64,000 bases of DNA from Iphione sp. A-MEVVRFRX5 (taxonomy: Eukaryota), in assembly GCA_976226885.1 (NCBI GenBank), contig OZ320317.1, positions 60,202,001 through 60,266,000 on the forward strand, written 5' to 3'. Position numbers and translations under genes: made by a program. Position 1 is the first letter of the stretch. Each line of letters starts with the position of its first letter. The notes under the pieces are model-generated. The model saw only the letters and a list, made by a program, of their open reading frames with translations. It searched no databases and was not told the origin of the DNA. This document shows positions 33,649 through 41,960 of this stretch, piece after piece.

Positions 33649-33885
33649 TTAAATGTCCTGAGGAGCTCGATTCCGTAAATTATACCTGTGAGTTCTATTA
33701 CGTAAATTATATCCATTTTTGTGAGGAGTATTATCTGCTCCTGATAGGCGTCGTTGCCGTCGTCTTCTAAGTCCTCTCATATGTTCGTTGTCCGCATCAT
33801 TTACAGCAGCTATTACACGGTGATTTTCTACGTCTTGATATCTCATTCGCGCCGCCATCTCCTCCCTCATTCTGACTGAAAACAT
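33649..33885 (-). CDS. Small basic peptide with tandem YNLR.R chromatin-binding-like motifs
   Basis: 78-aa ORF ending RRRRQRR...NGYNLRNRTHRYNLRNRAPQ. A TTTTCAG acceptor at its 5' end suggests an upstream exon, or a start at Met 33870. Confidence 0.65.
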   Translation of the reverse strand: MFSVRMREEMAARMRYQDVENHRVIAAVNDADNEHMRGLRRRRQRRLSGADNTPHKNGYNLRNRTHRYNLRNRAPQDI

Positions 33886-34523
33886 ATATTCAAAGATAAT
33901 AAATTATATGAATCAAGTCAAATTGTTAACAAGCACCAAAAGAATTGAGTACAGGAGATAATATTTATTGTGAGCCAAAAGAATTGGTTACAGGATATAA
34001 TATTTATTGCTAAATCAAATATATTTCATCTTAGGAATTTTTTATTTAAATAAGTTAAACTGATAACAGCTATTGATAAATTTTGGACTAATTTATAGAA
34101 GTTAGATACATAATAAGAAACTGAGAGTTCAAGAAATTCAGATATAAAAAAGATTTAAGTGTATGAAAATTAAGATGGGAAAAAAAAAGAAAATTCGTGC
34201 CTTACACCTATGTCTCGCATTTATGTCAGGAAGCAGATCGATCTCGTCATCTACTCCGTTGTAAACACTACATGAAATATAATTAATCTCTTGTGAATTT
34301 TGTGTGAATTCACACTACATAGAGATCATAGACGGAAGCAAATCGTTTACTCCAAATAAAGTTACTTTAAACAAAGAAACAATACTGATAAGTTATGTAA
34401 CCTTTAAAATGGAAGCAAATCAACTACTTCAGACAGAAGTTATATTAAATGACCCTAGTACACTTTTTTGCTAAGTTAAGTAGATATTTACGTTTATTAT
34501 TAATATTTGGTATTCATCAATCT

Positions 34524-35330
34524 TTATGAAGATACATACTGATTCTGATATGCATGTCCATGTTCGGGCGCTCCATCAAGAGGTAGCTCCATCGCGCCCA
34601 ATCCTTCAATCTGCCCATTCAACGCACCCAGCATCATCGCCTCCTGGATATTTCTTCTATTTTTTTTACAATAGCGATGGACATAAACTAGAGCTGCAAT
34701 AATCATGATGAAAATCACAGCCAGTCCAACATATAACAAAATCCATACTTTGTTTTCAATTGGACCCATTCCATTATCCGCATGCTCTGATGTCGTAGTT
34801 CTTGACTTAGCTGGACTCAATCGAGGGTTAATATCATCTGTATCAAGCTCATCAGTATTACGATGAATACTTTCCACCAAACTGCCCTCGCCGTCTGGAG
34901 CTGGGCCAACAGTGTCATAATATTCAGTGTCATGATCATCATCATCAGTAAAGTCATTCGGAACAAGCTCCCTCTCACTAGAGGAGGAAGAGGACTCGCA
35001 ATCTGATTTGATTGCAAGTTGCTCGTGGCTTTGAATTCTGCTGCAGGGAATATCCGTATTTCGTACATCAATGAGCAGAGTTTGAGGAAATAATTTGTAA
35101 ACCAGTGTCAAGTTCAATGTGTCCAGTTTCGAATAGCGGAAATCCAAATACCTGAATCCGTAAAACTCCTTTCCCGCTACAAGCAGCGAGCGAATCAAGC
35201 TAGTTATAGGAATACTCCGGCAAAGTAGTCGTGAACCCTTGCATCTGCATCTTTCACACAAGTCATTAGACTGAACAGATGAAATTAAAATAACACAAAC
35301 TAAAGAAGAGAAAACGAAAAATTTTGCCAT
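34524..35330 (-). CDS. Type I membrane protein 1: signal peptide, short LRR module, acidic Ser/Thr stalk, TM, Tyr-containing tail
   Basis: LRRNT-like CERCRC.GSRLLC, LRR-like LDFRYSKLDTL and LIDVRNT.IPC, TM VWILLYVGLAVIFIMIIAALVYV followed by a basic stop-transfer segment. Confidence 0.85.
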   Translation of the reverse strand: MAKFFVFSSLVCVILISSVQSNDLCERCRCKGSRLLCRSIPITSLIRSLLVAGKEFYGFRYLDFRYSKLDTLNLTLVYKLFPQTLLIDVRNTDIPCSRIQSHEQLAIKSDCESSSSSSERELVPNDFTDDDDHDTEYYDTVGPAPDGEGSLVESIHRNTDELDTDDINPRLSPAKSRTTTSEHADNGMGPIENKVWILLYVGLAVIFIMIIAALVYVHRYCKKNRRNIQEAMMLGALNGQIEGLGAMELPLDGAPEHGHAYQNQYVSS

Positions 35331-35747
35331 AATGGCTGCGTTGCAAAGTCACTGTAAAGGGATCAGGTTAGTTTCCCATTTTTTTCGCTAGCGAGCTAGC
35401 GAGCGAATATACTGTTTCAGTGGTGATGATCAGTTCTATATTATACATAAATAATGATATGATATGATATGATAAGATAAGTGAGGGGTTAAATAGTAAA
35501 ACAGTGATTTGTTTTCGTATTTGTTATTGATTCAATTCACTAGATGGCGCCCTAGTTCATAAAAAACTGATTTAGTTTTGTATCTCAGTAGATGGCATGC
35601 TAGTACATAAAACGCTGCCCTGAGCTATGTTTTAAAGGACTAGCACTGGCTTATTTAACTTTTTTGAGGACAGAGTCCCTTCCTGTATACGTCTCGTTGT
35701 AAACACTAGTCTCTATAATGACTAGAAAAAAAAAATCATAAGAGAAA

Positions 35748-36404
35748 ATGGTCACTTCTCCCGAAAGAATCAAAACTCCTAATATAATATCATATTATTG
35801 GTTGAGGGAATTTGAAGACGAATCTAAACACGGTGTTCGCTTTCTACATGAATCAGTAGGAGAGAGAAATGAATTTCCACCTAATTCCATAATATTACAA
35901 TATTATCGTTGGTGTTTAAGAGACTATGAAATGAATATTATATATGTTAGTGAGGATGTTTTCCTTTTAAGAGAGTTGTGTGATATCATTGGAAAAAGAG
36001 CTTATAATTCAGCTATGTTCAGGGGCTTCATCTGTGAAAGTGATAAGATATACTTTATTCAACAGAAACCACATATTTATGGAATTATTACTGAAATAGC
36101 TAATCGACCAGATAGGGTGGATGTTATGAAGAAGGTATACACTTATTTGTTGCATCTTGAATTCAGCAAATTAATTAGCTTAGACTTCATCATAGAAAAT
36201 CTATTTGAGGAATATGCAATATACTGTCATCTTCAAATAAACTACAAACGACTGGCGAATGCTAGTTCCTATATGGCTAATTTCTTCCAAGTTGAAAGCT
36301 ATTTCAGTTTTAAAGAAACTACAGATTTCCTCAATAATCAAAATCCTGCGTCCACACTGCGTGACGTAGCATCACAAAAAATTTATGAATTTACATTCAT
36401 CTAA
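35748..36404 (+). CDS. Unknown family, paralogue P1 (218 aa)
   Basis: Shares YYRWCLRD...IYVS.D.FLLR.LC...G.RAYN, MK.VY.Y.L, RLA....Y and Q.P...IYEF with P2 and P3. Confidence 0.85.
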   Translation: MVTSPERIKTPNIISYYWLREFEDESKHGVRFLHESVGERNEFPPNSIILQYYRWCLRDYEMNIIYVSEDVFLLRELCDIIGKRAYNSAMFRGFICESDKIYFIQQKPHIYGIITEIANRPDRVDVMKKVYTYLLHLEFSKLISLDFIIENLFEEYAIYCHLQINYKRLANASSYMANFFQVESYFSFKETTDFLNNQNPASTLRDVASQKIYEFTFI

Positions 36405-36728
36405 ATACAACTCTTTGAGTATGTTATCTTAGGAATGTATTTATGCAATATCATGCAGGCAATGACCTAGCAACGAATAGATTCGTGAGGATGAACACGA
36501 TGAATTACTTGAACCACTAGAACAGTACGATTAACCTGATTTTATAAATTCCATATTGCGCAAATGTTGACGTATCTGAATATATTAGCCTTGTAAATAT
36601 CTAGAACCAATGGTTGAAGCGAACTCATCCTTTTAAATAACTGCTATGGACGTTTTCTCTCTCAGAGGCGCAGCTGACTTCTGAGAGCATTTTCCCGATA
36701 CCTATTTTTTCCCCAAATTTTAAACGAG

Positions 36729-37791
36729 ATGGAGAGGTTAAGTTCAAAAGTACAGGTTAAGGAAGAGGACGGATTCTTGAAAATTGTACGCCGAAAATAT
36801 GATAAAGTCCGCAATGTTGCGGTTCCCATGGAGGTTATTTCATGGGCATTAGAAAACCAGAAATTTATCCTGGAAGCAAAGCTGTCGTACGCAGGAGACA
36901 AGATGATGGAAACAATAGTTCCAGATTGGAAGGTGATGGTCTCGTTCTTCCTAAACGAATTTTACATTGGTTTCAACAAATATATCAATGGAGAAAGAAG
37001 CGGGTAAGTTAATTATATTTATATATTAATATTATTATTTATCTATACATCAACTTTAAATCTAATTAAATGCCTCACGTTAACCACAATATCTTCATCA
37101 TCATTAAATCTTATATCATCATTTCCTCCATTTCAGAATGGATTCCATAAATCTTCATGTTGATGAATTCAAAAAATTGGTTGAAATTAATGAAATAGAG
37201 AAGGGAATGCCCCCACAGAAGAAAATGCGACGAACATATCAACGTTGGCAGTATGAAGTTGTCGACTACAAGGGCGTCAGTTTGATCAAATCTAATTCAT
37301 GGTTCCTATCGCAAAAAAGAGCAAGAGAAGAGGCTATGGTTGTAAAGGCTAGCTTTGAAGAAAAAAGTGATATCAAAGATGATACCACACTTAAGGCAGA
37401 CATAGAAATGTTTTGTCAAGAACTACTTTTACCCTCTGCTAGTCAGATCGCTGAGAAAGTTTATAGCTATATTTTGAGGAAGGAATTTGAAAGCAGAGTC
37501 AATCAGCTATATAGCGGTTCTAACTATACTGTTCTACAAATAGATGAAAGTAGCTCAGGTGAATTAGTCAAGTATCCGGAACATCTATTCAGAGAACATG
37601 CAAAGCCCTGTCATTTGAGAATTTCACTACCAAGATTAATGGAAGGTTGTAATATAATTACTCGTTATTACGGATTTGATACACTTGTTACACATATGGA
37701 AGCATTGCAGGTGCTCAAAAGAGCACAACCTTTTGAAGTGTTGAAAGCAAATAAGCCTGATTTTGAAAATGAATATGCACAGCTTGATTAA
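36729..37791 (+). CDS. Spliced PC4-like ssDNA-binding domain fused to divergent paralogue P4 (~309 aa)
   Basis: Exons 36729-37003 and 37137-37791; the intron 37004-37136 is GTAAGT...TTTCAG, phase 2, and joins in frame. The join creates VMVSFFLNEFYIGFNKYINGERSG|MDSINLHVDEFKKL, which is PC4-like. The C-terminal part has KVYSYIL..EF and RLMEGC..I..YYG. Confidence 0.72.
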
Positions 37792-38118
37792 CTTTGAGTA
37801 TGATGATGTAATACTTTTTATTATCTATAAAACTTATTACAATGCAACATTAACTAGCTTATAGTTTTGGAATCTAATTCATATCAATTAGCCACTACTA
37901 CAATATATACTTATAATAATGATAGATTTAATTGTAGCATATTATACACTGCTTCAAAGCTCGGTAAAATTGTAGCTGTTCTTTGTTCACTTATTCATAT
38001 AGTTATACTTCTGTTTCAAGCGTATAACATAGACTTATAATGATAAACTTGACTTGTAGTATATACTGATTTAAAGCTCAATAAAAAAAAATTGTTCTTT
38101 CTTCACTTATTCTTGTGG

Positions 38119-39051
38119 TTATACTTCTGTTTCAAGCATATTTGTTTCAATCATATTATATATGTCATTATAAAATCCATAATAATCAACTACTGCAACT
38201 CTCTTCTTACGAAATTTTCTCACAAGAATAACCGCTATTAAAACTATTATTATTATAAACAATAATGGACATAACACCCAAAGAACAATATTCACAATCG
38301 GAATCCTATTGGTTCCATCTGTACTTCTTCCAGTTGAGTTCATAAAAGTTGTACCGACGCCCTCTTCAGTGATAGTAGTCGCAGTTGAGTTGAAATACGG
38401 TTTACTACCACCCTCCTCAGTGATAGTAAAAGTTGTGAACGACCCAGTTGACCTTGTTGTAGTTGTGTCACGCTCAGTCAGATAACTGAACGTTGAAGAA
38501 GCGCTCGAAGATACAATAGTAGCAGTAGTAGTGGGTTTAATAGAAGATGAGTTAGTACGTAATGTAATATTAGCAAAAGAAGAAGTGATGAATGCTGTGG
38601 TTGTGGACTTCGTAGTAGATCTGCTTTCTGAAGTAGTAGTAGTAGAAAGTAAATCTGTACTAGGTTGACTATATCCATATGGAGAAGAAGAAGAAGAAGA
38701 AGAGGAGAAATATGTTGAGGCCGTAGATGCTGACTCACGCTCACAGTTCCATAGCAAAGTAAAGTTCACTGTTAATGGAATAGATTCGCAGGCAAAGTTA
38801 CTCCACTGATTCCGTATATCGAGTAGTTGCAATACCTGGAACTTTTCAATTATATCCATTCGTAGTTGTGACATTTTACACCAGCGCCAATCGAGATGAG
38901 TGTACTGGCGGTTAATTGGGATGAAAAGTGACTGCGGATCCACTCTTCTGCATGTAATAGTGTCCCATACACACGAACAGATTTGGCAAATACTGTTTTG
39001 TGCATATCCATGTGATATGAGTATAAGCAGGAGAATAATGCATTTTTCCAT
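38119..39051 (-). CDS. Type I membrane protein 2: signal peptide, short LRR module, mucin-like Ser/Thr stalk, TM, tail ending ETEV
   Basis: CQICSC.WDTITC, LDWRWC.MSQL, LLDIRNQ..NFAC, ~140-aa S/T-rich stalk, TM IVLWVLCPLLFIIIIVLIAVILV followed by RKFRKKR. Confidence 0.87.
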   Translation of the reverse strand: MEKCIILLLILISHGYAQNSICQICSCVWDTITCRRVDPQSLFIPINRQYTHLDWRWCKMSQLRMDIIEKFQVLQLLDIRNQWSNFACESIPLTVNFTLLWNCERESASTASTYFSSSSSSSSPYGYSQPSTDLLSTTTTSESRSTTKSTTTAFITSSFANITLRTNSSSIKPTTTATIVSSSASSTFSYLTERDTTTTRSTGSFTTFTITEEGGSKPYFNSTATTITEEGVGTTFMNSTGRSTDGTNRIPIVNIVLWVLCPLLFIIIIVLIAVILVRKFRKKRVAVVDYYGFYNDIYNMIETNMLETEV

Positions 39052-39323
39052 ATCTAAGTAAAATATTCAGAACAGGAGACACGAAGTGTGCACGACGAGT
39101 CCCGGCAGACAAATAAGAAGGGTCACAAGTCAGGTTCGCGATCAGTCAGCTCACTTAATGAGAGTCATAAATCATTGAGAAAAGGGGGTCAGTAAATAAA
39201 GGGTTAGAAGTCGGGTTTAGACTTGATGCTCTAAGAAACGCGCGGAACAGCGAACAAGATAGGGATAGACCTAAAATATGGATAAATAACTAACACAAAA
39301 TCTTTAATAGAAACTCTTTATTT

Positions 39324-40106
39324 TCACATAGTAATTAGTTCATATATTGTTGTACTACTTTCATTTAGACCTGCAGAATATATAGGATCCTGTGCTTTAA
39401 GAAATTCCTCAACTTCTGTAAAAGTGAAAGTTTCACTCAATCCATAAAGCATAGAGATATATGCACAACCACTAGCCAATCGATTAACAGTTATGCGAGT
39501 ATGAGAAGACATAAGACAAATTTTATAATTCTTACTATTTATAACCATTCTAGTTCTTGTTCTCTGATACTCATCATCCAACATATAATAATAAACCATT
39601 TTCATAATACTCTCCTTAGTTACTGTTGGAGGATATTCAGTGATGACTCCAAAGTCTTCAATCTTGTCAGCTGTAAGTCGTGAACTAGGCTTTGATTGCT
39701 CATATACCCTCCCCAAAACCTTAACACAATTATATGCTCTTCTACCCATAATGGTACATAAATCTTTCAAGAGAAATATGTCATTACTAATGTAAACAAC
39801 ATTATGATTCCGATCCCGCAGATACCAGCGATAGTGAGCTGGAGGTGAAACTTTTGGGTATACATTTTGCACTCCACCAAAACCAGCTCTTAAATTCATA
39901 TGATGTTTATCTTCTTCAATTTCCTTTATATAACACTTAGTGAAATAGTCTATTTCATCAGTACTATCATGAGATCCATCCAGGTCACCGTCAGCTTGAT
40001 GATCCGCAGGCAAACTTGATTCATAGGCAATATGATCGAGCTCCATGTTATGTTCAAAACCTGGCGATGTTGACTGTACCCACTCCACTCGTAAACTAAG
40101 CTTCAT
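39324..40106 (-). CDS. Unknown family, paralogue P2 (260 aa)
   Basis: HYRWYLRD...VYISNDIFLLKDLC.IMGRRAYN, IMKMVYYYML, RLASGCAY, QDP...IYEL. Confidence 0.85.
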   Translation of the reverse strand: MKLSLRVEWVQSTSPGFEHNMELDHIAYESSLPADHQADGDLDGSHDSTDEIDYFTKCYIKEIEEDKHHMNLRAGFGGVQNVYPKVSPPAHYRWYLRDRNHNVVYISNDIFLLKDLCTIMGRRAYNCVKVLGRVYEQSKPSSRLTADKIEDFGVITEYPPTVTKESIMKMVYYYMLDDEYQRTRTRMVINSKNYKICLMSSHTRITVNRLASGCAYISMLYGLSETFTFTEVEEFLKAQDPIYSAGLNESSTTIYELITM

Positions 40107-40141
40107 ATAGTCAGACAGAGTTATATATTCCTGAAAGATAT

Positions 40142-40792
40142 TTATAACATTCTAAATTCATAAATGTTACTTAATACCTCTACTGAATGCGTCACAATTG
40201 GATTTTGAGCAGTTAGAAACGCACACACCTTCTCACAATCATAGTATGAATCTAAACAATATAATGTTGCCACATATGCACATGCATTTGCTAAGCGTCT
40301 AGGAGTTATTTTAGAATGAATCTTCGATAACAAAAAATCAATATTTTGCAGATCTACAAGCACTCTCTCTTTAAGTCTTTCAAAATCATTATTCAAAATG
40401 TAAATGTAAACCTCTTTCATAATTTGTTCTTTAGTCGGTATTTCTTTGAAAGACGTTATTATATCATAAAAATGTGGAACTCCTTCTAATACCTCCTGCT
40501 TAAATCTATCATGAACCCAGCCATTAAAACAGGCGGTATTAAATGCTCTCCGCCCCATAGCATTACATAGATCCCGCATCAGAAATATTTCATCACTAAC
40601 ATATATAGTTTTCAAGTTAACATCTTTTAGACACCAATGATAATATTTCACCATCTCATCTTCATTTGAATATTCATCTATCACCCCCGAGCTGCCATCA
40701 TCATCATTCCCCATATCATACCTATCCTCCTCCACTTCCCTATAATAATATTCCATATAATAATTGAATTCATTTTCTTCTTCTTCCTCCAT
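40142..40792 (-). CDS. Unknown family, paralogue P3 (first ATG at 40792; the ORF track starts at TTG 40828)
   Basis: YYHWCLKD...IYVSDEIFLMRDLC.AMGRRAFN, IMKEVYIYIL, RLANACAY, QNP...IYEF; acidic N-terminus. Confidence 0.85.
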   Translation of the reverse strand: MEEEEENEFNYYMEYYYREVEEDRYDMGNDDDGSSGVIDEYSNEDEMVKYYHWCLKDVNLKTIYVSDEIFLMRDLCNAMGRRAFNTACFNGWVHDRFKQEVLEGVPHFYDIITSFKEIPTKEQIMKEVYIYILNNDFERLKERVLVDLQNIDFLLSKIHSKITPRRLANACAYVATLYCLDSYYDCEKVCAFLTAQNPIVTHSVEVLSNIYEFRML

Positions 40793-40826
40793 CACACTTT
40801 TATATTTACCAAATGATACATTATAC

Positions 40827-41120
40827 AAAAAGTCGGCCCCCGTGGTTCAATGTCCTTTCTATACTAGCTTCCACCTGTTCTCCTCCCATCTTCAACATTG
40901 AAGTCAACGTCATAACTCCATGTTGGATATCCTAGCTGTCCAACATGAACGACAATCGTCTCAGCCTGCTCTGTCAGGATGCACAACCAGACGGCTGAGC
41001 CAGGATAAACACCGCTACCTATTTTCTTCACGTTGGCCGGTGAGGGAGTCGAACCCTGCTCATCACTGTCTCGTATCTGTTGGACGGAGCGCCCTGCGCT
41101 CCGAACCACGGGGACCGGCT
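40827..41120 (-). ncRNA. Candidate RNA polymerase III transcript (~290 nt), VA-RNA/EBER-like
   Basis: A-box-like GTGGTTCGGAGCG at about +12 and a B box GGTTCGACTCC at 41055-41045. The 5' end (41119-41103) pairs with the 3' end (40848-40832) over 17 bp, with one mismatch and one G-U, immediately before TTTTT. Confidence 0.65.
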
Positions 41121-41560
41121 GAAAGTGCAGTAACAAATCACTTGGTGGTTGCTATGCAGAGACACTAACCCCATCTGGTGTTTCTCCCTGGTAGTTAGAG
41201 GGATTTCTACCCTTCGTAAACAATAGATGGCGGTAAAAACGATACAGGTAAGAAAATTATACATACTTGCAAAGATATGGAAAATTAATCAATTTCTTTC
41301 ATCTTCAAGATATTAATCTATTCTCATGGGAAAAACTACAGTAGAATTAATACATACCACAATCAAACGGCGATTTCACAGCCCCATTCACTTGAATTGA
41401 GCCTTGTATTCAGGAAACACCATTTCAAGCTATGTCCAGGGTTTATGAGATTTCATCTTCATCACCGATAAAAAATAACTCTTGCCTAAAACATGGCAAA
41501 CAGAGTATACAATAACCGCATCAGGCTGAAAGAGCTCAGCTTGGTCGGATCCTAGCCGTC

Positions 41561-41764
41561 ACTGTCTCGTATCTGTTGTACGAGACAGTTGGATCCAGAT
41601 CTCTTTACAGAGGTCACCTACTTAACCAAAATTAACTTCTTTCACTCTGTTCTTCACGTAGGCTAGTCTAAAGTCATGTCTGCCTTCCCTCCCTTACGTC
41701 TCATTTATAAATCATTCCACCTCTTTCCTTCCCTTAATTCCATACTTGGACTCGTCCAAGTATG
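41561..41764. repeat. Right subterminal hairpins
   Basis: 41561-41589 is ACTGTCTCGTA-7-TACGAGACAGT (11-bp stem). 41741-41764 is CATACTTGGAC-2-GTCCAAGTATG (11-bp stem). Confidence 0.85.
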
Positions 41765-41866
41765 TCACTTTCACGCAACGTATGAGCTACGTACATTCGG
41801 TTCAAGCTATGGCTCGCGTTCACAACCAGGGGTGGGCTCACTCTCTCAGAGTCAATATATGCAAAG

Positions 41867-41960
41867 ACAGATCCCACTGGGAGGGGCTTAGGGTGGGGGG
41901 GAAAATGTTTGATCTTATTAGCATAGTCAACACACTATTCTCTGCTTACTATTTACTACT
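41867..41960 (-). repeat. Right terminal inverted repeat (94 bp)
   Basis: Reverse complement of the left TIR. It ends ...TATTTACTACT, followed by the TSD GTGGTG. Confidence 0.95.

Larger units (their letters stand above)
19585..41960 (+). mobile_element. Full-length Maverick/Polinton (endogenous polintovirus), 22,376 bp
   Basis: 6-bp TSD GTGGTG at 19579-19584 and 41961-41966. Termini are AGTAGT...ACTACT with ~95-bp TIRs. It encodes pPolB, ATPase, rve integrase, minor and major capsid proteins and adenain protease. Confidence 0.97.

Noticed and set aside
41035-41120. Bona fide tRNA gene
   Set aside because: It has a B box and a 6-bp acceptor-like stem, but the T stem is only 4 bp, there is no canonical D or anticodon arm, and the 5' end pairs better with the distal 3' end.
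40864-41264. Short ORFs overlapping the candidate ncRNA
   Set aside because: Mostly non-ATG starts in a GC-rich structured region with no motifs. The RNA-structure explanation accounts for the sequence better.
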